64,000 nt of DNA, from assembly GCA_905236535.1 (NCBI GenBank), contig CAJOQN010000006.1:3484-67483 (forward strand). The letters run 5' to 3'. Shown in pieces: positions 19,786 to 30,000 of this stretch. How positions within the stretch are numbered: position 1 is the first letter of the stretch; each line of letters begins with the position of its first letter. Source of the stretch: an uncultured Bacilli bacterium. Its GTDB lineage: Bacteria > Bacillota_I > Bacilli_A > RFN20 > CAG-826. Both the position numbers and the translations under genes were made by a program. Below the pieces are notes generated by a model. The model did no database searches. It was not told the DNA's origin and saw nothing but the letters and a program-made list of their open reading frames with translations.

Positions 19786-20646
19786 ATGAAAGAAGCATTA
19801 GAGTTTTTAAAAAGCTTATATCCAAACAAGAAAATAGAAGTCTTGTCCAAACTTCCAGGCGGGATGATGAACAAGTCTTTTGTTGTTTTAATTGATAATA
19901 AAAAATATGTCTTATATCTACCGACCAAGCAGGCTAATGAAATGGTGGATAGAGGTTTAGAAAAAGAGAATCAAAAAATAGTGTATGATTTAGACATAAC
20001 TAGTAAAAATTTATATTTTGACTCCACGACCGGTATCAAGCTTAATGAATACCTTGAGGGGTCTTCTTTGAACAATTTATCAAATGATGAAATTGATATC
20101 AAAAAGGTCGCAAAACTATTAAAAACATTGCAAAATTCCCCTATTTTATCAAAAAAAGACTATAAACCATTTGAAAGATTAGTGAAGTTCGAAAAGGAAA
20201 AAGAAGAGATGAATATCACTGATTTAAAGGAATATAACACCCTTAGAAATTGTGTTTTTGATCATCGTTCATTCTTAGAAAACGAAAAGAAAGTTTTGTC
20301 TCATAACGACTTCCAAAAGAGCAATATTGTTAAATCTAATAATGAATATTTTGTCATTGATTTTGAGTTCATGATGAACAATTATCAAACCTATGATATT
20401 GCTTGTTATGGAAACGGGGATGTCAAAGATGGCTATGACTTATTGTGCGCCTATTTCATTAATCCTTCCAAAGAACAAATCAAAAGATATTATTTATGGA
20501 GAATCTTTGTCTCTCTTCAATGGTATAATGTCGCGCTTATTAAAAATAAAAGAGGCGAAGGCCTCGTTCATAATATCGACTTTTACGAAGTTGCAAAGTT
20601 CTTTTTGGAGAACGCTAAAGAAGCGTATTCTAAATTAATAGACTAA
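19786..20646 (+). CDS. Choline/ethanolamine-kinase / aminoglycoside-phosphotransferase-family protein kinase-like enzyme
   Basis: 286 aa. Brenner motif SHNDFQKSNIV (HxDxxxxN) and a downstream IDFE Mg-binding-like motif. Confidence 0.6.
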   Translation: MKEALEFLKSLYPNKKIEVLSKLPGGMMNKSFVVLIDNKKYVLYLPTKQANEMVDRGLEKENQKIVYDLDITSKNLYFDSTTGIKLNEYLEGSSLNNLSNDEIDIKKVAKLLKTLQNSPILSKKDYKPFERLVKFEKEKEEMNITDLKEYNTLRNCVFDHRSFLENEKKVLSHNDFQKSNIVKSNNEYFVIDFEFMMNNYQTYDIACYGNGDVKDGYDLLCAYFINPSKEQIKRYYLWRIFVSLQWYNVALIKNKRGEGLVHNIDFYEVAKFFLENAKEAYSKLID

Positions 20647-21063
20647 ATATAAATGCTTTTTGTTAATAGAACGATGCTTGGTTTTGATTCCATATTCACC
20701 AAGTACTTTTAAAAAGCCAAGAATCTCCACTTTATCTTCTTTTTTATAGCAGATATCAATATTATCGCCACCATCTTTTAAAACAATAGAGATGCGACCA
20801 TAATCTCGATATAGCATATTCTTTTTATAAGTCTCGTGATACACAAAGGCAATATTGTTATGATTTATTAATTTTCTTATTTTATATGAATAATAATCAC
20901 CATTAAATTCATTTGCGACATCATCGCGGTAAATATAAATCGCTAAGTCACTGGTCGCTATTGCGACAGGAAAAAAGAGAGCGTTAGGATCGTTTTGCAT
21001 ATATCCAAAGGCTAAAGCTTTGATTTTATCTTGTCTTTCAAGCACTACTTTTGACATATCCAT
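20635..21063 (-). CDS. Hypothetical protein
   Basis: 142-aa ORF with no recognisable motif. Convergent with the kinase gene, overlapping it by 12 nt. Confidence 0.35.
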   Translation of the reverse strand: MDMSKVVLERQDKIKALAFGYMQNDPNALFFPVAIATSDLAIYIYRDDVANEFNGDYYSYKIRKLINHNNIAFVYHETYKKNMLYRDYGRISIVLKDGGDNIDICYKKEDKVEILGFLKVLGEYGIKTKHRSINKKHLYLVY

Positions 21064-21124
21064 ATTATATCTTAAAGAAAGAGATCAAATACATTTGTTT
21101 TTTATAAAAGGGTATAATATCTAC

Positions 21125-21871
21125 ATGAAAAAATGGGTAAAAATAATAATTGGTGTTTCCTCGGCTTTATTGACATTAGGTATTGCAGTGTCAATTATCG
21201 TTCCTGTCAGTGTTAACGCCGTCCGTAATCCAGCGGCTCCAAGGGTCAACAAAAATAAAAAACATATTGCTTGCATTGGTGATAGTTTGACATATGGAGT
21301 TGGCACTTTTTTTAGGGATTATGAATCTTATCCTGCATTTTTATCAAAGAAAGTTCCTCAAGAATACCAAATTTTGAATTATGGTTTAAGTGGAAGAACC
21401 GCAACCAGCACCGGAAATTATCCTTATATCAATGAGAGGTTTTATAACATCTCAAAAGAAGTAAAAGCTGACATCTATATTATTATGTTGGGCACCAATG
21501 ATTCGAAAGCGGACAATTGGAGTAAAGCGGGCGATAATGGCATTTCATACAAAACCGAATTTAAGCAAATAGTTGAATCGTATAAAAACTTAGATAACAA
21601 CCCAACAATTTATGTCATGCAACCGCCAAGAGCTTATCCTAGATATAAGTCTGGTTTATCCATTTATGGAATAAACAATGATTTGATTTCCACGACTATT
21701 TACGATTACGTTCAAGAGATAGCGGATGAATTAAATATTAACTGTATAGATTTATATAATTTCACCAAAGATCATCCTGGTTGGTATAGTGATGGAGTTC
21801 ATTTTAAAGCAAGTGGTTACAAAGAAATTGCAAATTATATCAGCGAACTATTAACTTACCCTACAGATTGA
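21125..21871 (+). CDS. SGNH/GDSL-family hydrolase with an N-terminal membrane anchor
   Basis: ORF 21020..21871 trimmed to MKKWVKIIIGVSSALLTLGIAVSIIV (TM). GDSL block IACIGDSLTYG. A TATAAT box ends 6 nt before the ATG, suggesting a leaderless mRNA. Ends with a TGA stop. Confidence 0.7.
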   Translation: MKKWVKIIIGVSSALLTLGIAVSIIVPVSVNAVRNPAAPRVNKNKKHIACIGDSLTYGVGTFFRDYESYPAFLSKKVPQEYQILNYGLSGRTATSTGNYPYINERFYNISKEVKADIYIIMLGTNDSKADNWSKAGDNGISYKTEFKQIVESYKNLDNNPTIYVMQPPRAYPRYKSGLSIYGINNDLISTTIYDYVQEIADELNINCIDLYNFTKDHPGWYSDGVHFKASGYKEIANYISELLTYPTD

Positions 21872-22003
21872 TATATCAAAAGATGAATTCAAATCATTAT
21901 TAAAAGTTAATTCAAACCAAACCTCATCCAAATGCGGATGGGGTTTTAAAAATAATATTCGCTATATTTAAATATAATTTTGTATAATATCGATAGGTAT
22001 TTT

Positions 22004-23065
22004 ATGGCAAAAATTAGAATCAATATGCTTTCACAAGCCACATCAGTCGATGGCCAAGGAGTTGGAAGTGCTTTTTTAGAGCAAGTAGCCCTTGTCAAAG
22101 AATGTGATGATATTTTTGAAGTGGAAATCAATTCCAAAAAGAGTAACTTTGAGATTTATCATATGCACACGGTGAATCCATCTTATAGGATGAGATTTAA
22201 TAAGCGTCATGTCAATGTCGCCTATGTCCACTTCATTCCATCCACCTTAGATGGCTCCTTAAAGATGAATAAATTGTTTTTTAAAGTCTTTAAGAAATAT
22301 GTCGTTTCCACTTATCGCAAAGCAGATGAAATCGTTGTCGTTAATCCAGCATTCATTCCACCTTTAGAGGAGCTTGGCATTAAAAGAGAGAATATTACAT
22401 ATATTCCTAATTTCGTCGATCATGAGAAATTCTATAAACTCTCAGAAGATGAAAGAATGAAAATTAGGGATAAATATAATATTGCTCATGAAAAGTTTGT
22501 CATCATGGGTTGTGGTCAAGTCCAAACGAGAAAAGGAGTTCTCGATTTTGTAGAAGCCGCTAAGATGAATCCTAATATTCAATTCGTGTGGGCGGGAGGC
22601 TTCTCCTTTGGCAAGATGACCGATGGCTATAAAGAACTTAAAGAGATAATGGATAACCCTCCAGAGAATGTTAAATTCTTAGGTATTGTTCCACGCACAG
22701 AAATGAATGAAATATTTAACATGTCCGATGTTTTATTCATGCCTTCATTCTCCGAATTATTCCCAATGTCAATCTTAGAGGCTGTCAATTCAATGAAACC
22801 AGTCCTCTTAAGAGATCTCGATTTATACGAAGAAATATTATTTAAAGATAAAGATTGTTATGCGGTCGGCACAAATGTCGAAGAATTCTCAGAACAAGTA
22901 AGACTTTTATCCAGTGATAAAAAATATTACGAAAAATATTCTCAAGGAAGCAAAGTGATTTCAGATTTCTATTCCAAGGAACACGTTAAAAACATCTGGA
23001 GAGAATATTATCCAAGAATTTTAGAAAAATGGAGAGATAAGAAGAAGCTTAGAAAACAAAAATAA
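22004..23065 (+). CDS. GT4-family glycosyltransferase
   Basis: ORF 21980..23065 trimmed to MAKIRINML. GT-B fold pattern with C-terminal EX7E-type motifs (FMPSFSELFPMSILEA). Extended -10 TGTATAAT at 21981..21988. A terminator hairpin lies just downstream. Confidence 0.75.
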   Translation: MAKIRINMLSQATSVDGQGVGSAFLEQVALVKECDDIFEVEINSKKSNFEIYHMHTVNPSYRMRFNKRHVNVAYVHFIPSTLDGSLKMNKLFFKVFKKYVVSTYRKADEIVVVNPAFIPPLEELGIKRENITYIPNFVDHEKFYKLSEDERMKIRDKYNIAHEKFVIMGCGQVQTRKGVLDFVEAAKMNPNIQFVWAGGFSFGKMTDGYKELKEIMDNPPENVKFLGIVPRTEMNEIFNMSDVLFMPSFSELFPMSILEAVNSMKPVLLRDLDLYEEILFKDKDCYAVGTNVEEFSEQVRLLSSDKKYYEKYSQGSKVISDFYSKEHVKNIWREYYPRILEKWRDKKKLRKQK

Positions 23066-23087
23066 GTGCAAAAGGCACTTATTTTTT
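23064..23087. terminator. Bidirectional terminator shared by the GT4 gene (+) and the SGNH gene (-)
   Basis: AAGTGC-AAAAG-GCACTT hairpin flanked by an A-run and a T-run. Confidence 0.65.
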
Positions 23088-23705
23088 AAAATTTTCTAAC
23101 CATTTTTCTGCAATTAATAAGGCTCCCGCGGGAGTGGTGTGTAATCCATCATATAGATAATTTGAAGGATTATCTTTACCAACATTATTAAACATTTCTT
23201 GAAGAGGAATATATTCTGAATGGGTTTCTTTTGCGACCTCTTCCACGGCTTTTGAATATTCTTTTAATTCCTCAAATTTCTTTAAATAACGTTTGATGAG
23301 TCGACCTTCAAGATAGAACGGTTCCATTAAAATGACTTTGATATTTGGAAGAGAATTTTTAATATCTTCAATCATTTTGATATATATCTTTTTATATCTT
23401 TCAACGGTTACTCCGAATCCAGGTGGAAGTCGATATTTTCCAAAGAGATCATTGACCCCGACCAAGATAGTGACAACATCAGGTTCTTCTTTGATGACGT
23501 CGTTTTTATATCGGCGGTACAAAGATGTAATTTTATTGCCTCCAATACCGCGGTTAATGATTTCATAGGTTCCAGGTTCTTCACTCATTAATTTAGAAGC
23601 GATATGAAAGACAAAACCCACTCCATAAGAGGAGGCATATTTCATACCTGGTTTTCTATTTCTCCCCATATCGGTGAGGGAATCACCAAAAAATAATAAT
23701 CTCAT
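23079..23705 (-). CDS. GDSL/SGNH-family lipase/acylhydrolase
   Basis: 208 aa. LLFFGDSLTD block I, GxND (LVGVNDL) block III, and a C-terminal DGLHTT (DxxH). Confidence 0.75.
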   Translation of the reverse strand: MRLLFFGDSLTDMGRNRKPGMKYASSYGVGFVFHIASKLMSEEPGTYEIINRGIGGNKITSLYRRYKNDVIKEEPDVVTILVGVNDLFGKYRLPPGFGVTVERYKKIYIKMIEDIKNSLPNIKVILMEPFYLEGRLIKRYLKKFEELKEYSKAVEEVAKETHSEYIPLQEMFNNVGKDNPSNYLYDGLHTTPAGALLIAEKWLENFKK

Positions 23706-23723
23706 ATATATTTATATGAACTT

Positions 23724-25034
23724 CTATTCTTTTTCTTTCTTTAAATCTTCAAACATTTTAATCATCGTCGGATTATTTCTCGTTAATTTTTTAACTGATA
23801 AATCTTGGGCTTTGTCATTAGCGATTCGGAGTTGACGATCCGCGCCTAAAAGTCCTTCTTTGACTTTTGTTAAATGATCAATGGTTTTATCGATTTCATC
23901 GATTGCTTTGCTAAATTTTTCATTCGCTAAACGATAATTGTTCCCAAATTTATCTTGGAAGTCTATTAATTGGTCCTCAAAGCGCGTTATATCGAGGTTT
24001 TGATTCTTTATAAGTTGTAATTCATTTCGATACTCTAACGACGTTTTAGCAGCGTTATAAAGCAAAGAAATAATAGTGAGGAAGAATTGAGGTCTTACCA
24101 CATACATCTTTGGGTAGCGATATGACACATCAACAATCCCAGAATTATAATAATCACTTTCTGGTTCAAGCATCGAAACCAAAACCGCATATTCACAGTT
24201 TTTCTTTCTTCTATCTTTATCAAGCTTATCAAGGAAGTCTTCATTTTTATGCTTTGTCGCGGTTTCATCACCCTCGTTTTTCATATCAAACATAATGGAC
24301 AATAGTTCCATTTTGTCATCAAGCATCTCTCTAAAGATGAAGTCCCCTTTCGTGCCTTCCACGACTTCGTTATCTTTTTCAAAGGTCGCGTTTGGATAAG
24401 CGGTCATTCTTATCTTGTTGAATTCATTTAAACAATGTTGTTCTAAAGATTCTCCAAGTAATTTCACATTGCTCCTAGCTTTAAAATCTTTATAAAAAGC
24501 AATTTGTTCATCCTTAGCTTTAATAATATTCTCGTGTTCTTTTTGAAGGTTTTGTTTTTCAATCGCGAATTCTTTTTCGTCCAAGCTTATTTTATTATTG
24601 AGATTTTGAATCTCTTGTTCTTTCTTATTTAATGCCTGTTGAATGACAAGTTTATTATTCGTTTCACTTAATTTAAGTTCATTATTAAGACGATTTATCT
24701 CTTCTTTTAATTTAGAAACTTCTTTATCGTTTTCACTTTGAATCTTTTGCTTTTCGTTTAAAAGAGTGTTTGAGGCCTCTAATCTTTGATTATTAACCAC
24801 ACCTTTTAATCTTTCAATCTCGGTTTTTAAGGCTGAGATTTCTTTTTCAGATTCATTCTTAGCTTTATTTTTTTCTATCTCTAAAGAAAGGCTGTTTTGC
24901 TTTCTAACATCCTCTAAACGACGAGATAATTCTTTTTCAAATTCTTCGTTTTTGACTTGGTTTAAAATCTTTTCGTAATTACTTTCATCGACAGTAAATA
25001 CTTCTCCACATTTAGGACATTTAATCTCCGCCAT
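23724..25034 (-). CDS. DUF2130-like coiled-coil protein with an N-terminal zinc-ribbon
   Basis: 436 aa. MAEIKCPKCGEVF N-terminus, a long coiled-coil, and a conserved C-terminal region. 18 nt upstream of the SGNH gene. Confidence 0.55.
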   Translation of the reverse strand: MAEIKCPKCGEVFTVDESNYEKILNQVKNEEFEKELSRRLEDVRKQNSLSLEIEKNKAKNESEKEISALKTEIERLKGVVNNQRLEASNTLLNEKQKIQSENDKEVSKLKEEINRLNNELKLSETNNKLVIQQALNKKEQEIQNLNNKISLDEKEFAIEKQNLQKEHENIIKAKDEQIAFYKDFKARSNVKLLGESLEQHCLNEFNKIRMTAYPNATFEKDNEVVEGTKGDFIFREMLDDKMELLSIMFDMKNEGDETATKHKNEDFLDKLDKDRRKKNCEYAVLVSMLEPESDYYNSGIVDVSYRYPKMYVVRPQFFLTIISLLYNAAKTSLEYRNELQLIKNQNLDITRFEDQLIDFQDKFGNNYRLANEKFSKAIDEIDKTIDHLTKVKEGLLGADRQLRIANDKAQDLSVKKLTRNNPTMIKMFEDLKKEKE

Positions 25035-25149
25035 AAAGACCTCCTAATAACAAATATGTTTGTAAAAATATTCTAGCATAATAAGAATACTATTTATAAA
25101 AAAATCCTCATATCTTTAAGATAAGAGGAATTTAGATTTGAATCAGAGA

Positions 25150-26865
25150 TTATTCGCTCTGTTCTTCAGGCGGAACTTCTTTAACAGGAATATCAACTTG
25201 GGCATCCCCTGCTCCTGCTAAGAGGGCAGCGTCTTCTGCGTGTTTAATTTCAAGTTGAGCGACAACTTCTTTAACTTTGTCTTCATCGAGTTTATAGCAG
25301 AATCTAAGTAAGACATAAGAGGCTGCAAAGACAAGAATAATAACCCCGATAACGATAACACCGAACCAAATTAATGATGTGCGAGATATATCAATTGCCG
25401 CATCAACTTTGGATGGGAATTCATTCATATAAGCTTCTTTTTCAGCGGCGGATAAAGCTGCGAATTCCGCAGAGTTAATATAGGCGTTATAATCACCTTC
25501 CATCAAGGAGATGACATTAATCGCGGCCATTGAACCAGTGAGGAAATAAACAAGATATTGAAGTCCTCTATTAAGGCCAGAGGCTAATTTAACATCAAGT
25601 GGTCTCCAGGCAAAGCAGATAGATTCTTTTCTTTCACCGGTGGTGAGTTCACCATAATCAATCGCATCTTGGAACATAACTAAAACAGCGAGATAGAAGA
25701 TGCCAGAGGCTCCAAAGAATAAGAATGAGAATAAGTGAATTAGCCACATGGAACCACCAAAGACCCAGAACATATTTCCAGCATCAGGAGTGTTATAGGC
25801 CACTGGTTTATCGCCAAAGATTGGGAAGGCGATGAAGAAGAAAGCAAGATATGAAACGAGAACAATAATTGTGGATACCGTTAATATTTCTTTCTTCTTG
25901 AAATGTTTTGCAAGCATTGGGTAGAAGGCTTGAGCAGCGACGGTAGCAACAACATAAATTAAAGCAATCGCGGTTGCGACCATTCCGCCTTTACCACCAC
26001 CATAACCATAAACCATATAGAAATAGTTTTGTCCAATGCCGGTTAAGATAAAACTTCCTAAATAATAAAGGAGCATGCCGATAGCGGCGAATAATAATTC
26101 TCTATTTTTCTTAATAACTCTAAACAAATCGAGAAGTGAAGATTTTTCAGAGATTTCTTCTTGTTTTTCATCACGAACTTTTTCCTTACAAAGGAAGAAA
26201 ACAAGCGTTTGAGAGGCTAAGAAGAATAAAGCAACACCGATAGCGGTATACATGTACATTTGAATTGTGGAACCAAGTCCTAAACCTGGTAAGACAAACA
26301 TCGCAATGTTCATGATGAAGGTACCAATAGAGGCCGCGATAGCGGTGTGAGTGGTGAGTTTAGCTCTTTGAGAAGCATCGCTTGTAAGGGCTGGTAACAT
26401 TGACCAGTAACCAATGTCATTCATTGAGAAGAATGCATCCCAAAGGACATACATAACAATCATGAAGACGACATATCCCCATCCTCTCAATCCGGCAAAG
26501 ACTGAAGGGAGTAAGAACATAGAAGCCACTACGACAGCATTACCAATCGCTCCGATTTCAATCCATGGGCGGAATTTGCCGGCTTTAAAGTGACATTTTT
26601 CCAAAATAAATCCCATGATTGGATCATTGATACCATCCCACACCAAGGCAATTATCATTGCGATAGTGATGACGAGATACTGAGCCTTAAATTGTGATTG
26701 GTCAGGAGATAAAACGCCAGAGGTAATTGCATATTGGATTAAGAAGGTACCAATTAAGGCATAACAAGCGTCACGAAAAATTCCACTCCATGGGAAAAGA
26801 ATCTTTGTTAAGGTAGGAACCTTGTTGCCTTCAAAGGTGTTACTCCTTGAAGTTTTTGAGTTCAT
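25150..26865 (-). CDS. GPH/MFS-family sugar transporter with an extended C-terminal region
   Basis: 571 aa, about 12-14 TM segments. The N-terminus is similar in style to GPH symporters. Confidence 0.65.
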   Translation of the reverse strand: MNSKTSRSNTFEGNKVPTLTKILFPWSGIFRDACYALIGTFLIQYAITSGVLSPDQSQFKAQYLVITIAMIIALVWDGINDPIMGFILEKCHFKAGKFRPWIEIGAIGNAVVVASMFLLPSVFAGLRGWGYVVFMIVMYVLWDAFFSMNDIGYWSMLPALTSDASQRAKLTTHTAIAASIGTFIMNIAMFVLPGLGLGSTIQMYMYTAIGVALFFLASQTLVFFLCKEKVRDEKQEEISEKSSLLDLFRVIKKNRELLFAAIGMLLYYLGSFILTGIGQNYFYMVYGYGGGKGGMVATAIALIYVVATVAAQAFYPMLAKHFKKKEILTVSTIIVLVSYLAFFFIAFPIFGDKPVAYNTPDAGNMFWVFGGSMWLIHLFSFLFFGASGIFYLAVLVMFQDAIDYGELTTGERKESICFAWRPLDVKLASGLNRGLQYLVYFLTGSMAAINVISLMEGDYNAYINSAEFAALSAAEKEAYMNEFPSKVDAAIDISRTSLIWFGVIVIGVIILVFAASYVLLRFCYKLDEDKVKEVVAQLEIKHAEDAALLAGAGDAQVDIPVKEVPPEEQSE

Positions 26866-26976
26866 TATAATAATTCCTCCAAATTAAATAGCATATCAAG
26901 TTTAAACAATAAAAAAGTTTTTAACAATGTTAAAAGCCAAATTCATAAATAACAAATCTAGGGAAAAAAATAAAAA

Positions 26977-27017
26977 ATGCTCACCACATCGAATAAAGTG
27001 AGCATTTATGTTTTTTT
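26977..27017. terminator. Bidirectional rho-independent terminator after the LRR-protein gene
   Basis: ATGCTCAC ... GTGAGCAT 8-bp stem flanked by AAAAAATAAAAAA and TTATGTTTTTTT. Confidence 0.65.
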
Positions 27018-27025
27018 AAAAGTTT

Positions 27026-30000
27026 TTATTCTTCGTCACCATAATCGTCAATGATTGGGACAGGAACATTTCCGGTGCCATATTTCCATCCGGTTTCAAG
27101 GCCAAGATATCTAAACACTTCATCGTATGTATCTTCATATTCGGCGATGATGCCCCAGTTACTATCCCAAGTATCAGGAATAACATCTTCAACGATGTAC
27201 ACTGTCAATGTGTTGTTTGCGCCAAAGAATATATATTCACCGACATAAGTGACACCAGCAGGAACGATAAAGTAAATGAGTTCTTTACATCCAGCAAAAG
27301 CTCTATCTTCAATTCTGGTAATATTTGTGGATTCAGAGAAGCGGGCATAAACAATATTGGAGTTCTCAAAAGCGTTTTTGCCAATGCTTTTAACGCTTAA
27401 TGTTCTACCTTTGATGACAACGGTGTTAGGAATAGTTGTCTCATCCGCGTCTAAGTGTCCAGAAACAATTGCAGAATTATTGTCTTGTGGGTTGACGATG
27501 AATTCAATATTATCAGAGATTAAAATATCATCGGCATTAATACCTAAATAAACAGGTCTATTATTTGGATTCCATTCTTCATCAAAAGATGATGGGATTG
27601 AAGCTCCGCTAAAATAAATGACGAGCGAACCACAATTTTTGAATGCGCCTTCTTCAATGGTGGTGACACTAGAAGGAATGGAAACAGATGTTAGTTCAGA
27701 TCCAGAGAAAGCATTTCTTCCAATTTTTGTAACTGGATAAGAGGAAGCACCGATGGTGATGCTAGATGGAATTTCAAAGTGGTCCGTAAGACCATATTCA
27801 TAACCAGTAATTATTGCGGAGCTGCCTTCGACAACATAATGAATACCATCTTTTTCTAAATGATTTGTGTCGTTGATCCCAAAATATGTTGGTAGGTTGC
27901 TGATGTTCCATTCAGAACTCCAACTAGAAGGAACACTTGAGCTTTCTAAATATAGTTTGGCGTTTGGAACATTTTCAAAAGCCGAAGCTCCAACTTTGGT
28001 GATGGTTTGAGGAATGAAAATTCCGGTAATATCGTTGTTATTAGTGAAACAACCGCTTGCAATTTCAGTCACGTTGTAATTGGTTTCTGAATCACTTGGT
28101 TTCATTTGGGTAGGAATATGAATGGTGGTATAAATTCCTGAATAAGAGACAAGTCTAGCAGTGCCATCAAGATTCAAACACCCTTTATAACTACTATCAG
28201 TACAAGGACCGGTGGAACCCCAATAGTAAGCGTTCTTTTCTGGACTAGCGTTCCAACCATAATCCCAACCATCAGGTTTTGATTCATCTTCACAATAAAG
28301 ATTGAAGAAAATGTTTCCTTTAACCGCATCTTTCATGACATAATCAACGGTGTTAGGAACAATAATTGATTTAGAAGCGATGGTCACAAAAGCATTGCTG
28401 GCAATAATCTTTGTGTCAGCTTTAACACGGAATTCATTAGATTTGGCTGTCGCCTCAACAAGAACAAAATAATTGTTTGTAGCGGTTCCAATATAACGGG
28501 CCGCTACAGAATCGTTTTCTTCAAAGTCGGTGGTGAATTCAATATTAGGATTATTCAACGAGGAACGGACTATAACTTTTGTATTCTCATTAATGAGATA
28601 TCGCTCCCCTTCTTCCACTTCCACAGAACGAATAATCGCGTGGTATTTATTCGTAGAATTGCCAATATAAGAGAAGCCATTCTCGGTAGTAACAGTTAAT
28701 AATGGACAATTTTCAAAAGTGTGTTCACCAATACTTGTAATCGTATCTGGAATAGTCACTGTTTGTAATGTTGATGAAGAATTAACAAAGTTATCATTAA
28801 TACCAGTTACAGTTCTTCCATCAATAGTTTGTGGAATAACTAAATCAACAAGGCTGGATGAATCAATCAAATCAATAATAGTAAGTGTTTCTCCATCAGT
28901 ATTTAAAGAAACAACAAAATTTCCAGATCTAAAGATTTCACGAGAAGATAAAACATATCCCTTAATTCCATTATCCCAACCAGGAGAAAACCTAGAACTA
29001 TCTGGAAGAATTTGAGTTTCCAAACATAAATAAAGATTAGGATTACCAGCAAAGGCGTCTGCACCAATGCTCGTAACAGTAGAAGGGATAAAAACAATAT
29101 TTAAGGAATTACAATTCTCAAAAGCATAAGAGCTAATTTTAGAAATTGTGGATGGAATGGTAATGCTATCTAAAGAAGAACAACCAGAAAATACATATTG
29201 ATTGATAGTAGAAATGTAATAAGCGGTTGTCGTTCCATAGTTAGTAGCGTAATTTTGTTCGAATGTAGTCCATTCTTTCGCCTCTGGTAAGTGGCAAGAA
29301 ACAAGGCTAGAACAATTTCTAAAGCAATATAAACCAATTGTTCTCACTAAGTTAGGGCAAACAAATTGTTCTAAAGCTTCGCAGTTTTCAAAAGCGGAAG
29401 CTCCAATAACACGGCAGACGGTGTGAGAAATATCAACCCATCTAACTTCTTTAAGGTTGGAACACCCTTTAAACATGGCTTCAGAAATATTAGAAACATT
29501 AACGTTAAAAACAACTTTTTCAAAAGCACAGTTTTCAAAAACGTGGCCCGCACCTTCAACACCATCTTTACCAGTGGTTGAAGAAAGGCTTAATGGCATA
29601 TTAGCAGTGCCTTCTTCTTGGATTAAAACAGAACCATCCGCGTTTAAAAGTTTAATTGTCTTGAGGTTGGTATCGTTATAGAAAGCAGAACCATATAAAC
29701 GAGTCGGTCCTTCGTTATACATTGAAATTTCGGTTAGATTTGCACAATTTGCAAAAACGTTTTGAGAAATAAGTTCAACATTCTTTGGGAAAGCAAAAGT
29801 CGAAAGAAGAGTGTTTGCAAAAGCAGAACTACCAATGCTTGTAATATTGTCACTATTAACAAAATTAATAGAGGATAAGGAAGTTTTGTAGAAAGCATAT
29901 GAAGGAATTTCGGTTAAGGTAGATGGAACACTCATAGAAGTAATACTCTCACAATTAGCAAAAGCTCCTTCTCCAAGATGCACCAAATCTTCATGCAATG

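Noticed and set aside
20635-21063. Uncharacterised 142-aa and 114-aa (45634..45978) ORFs as novel-system candidates
   Set aside because: Both are plausible genes by position, but I see no motifs, repeats, TM segments or informative neighbours. Nothing supports a specific hypothesis.
21869-21871. Possibility that this Mollicutes-like organism uses genetic code 4 (TGA = Trp)
   Set aside because: All large genes are intact under the standard code. Trp is encoded by TGG throughout (e.g. WAIENNY, EDWVCP). At least one well-supported gene ends with TGA (the SGNH hydrolase at 21871). TGA therefore behaves as a stop.
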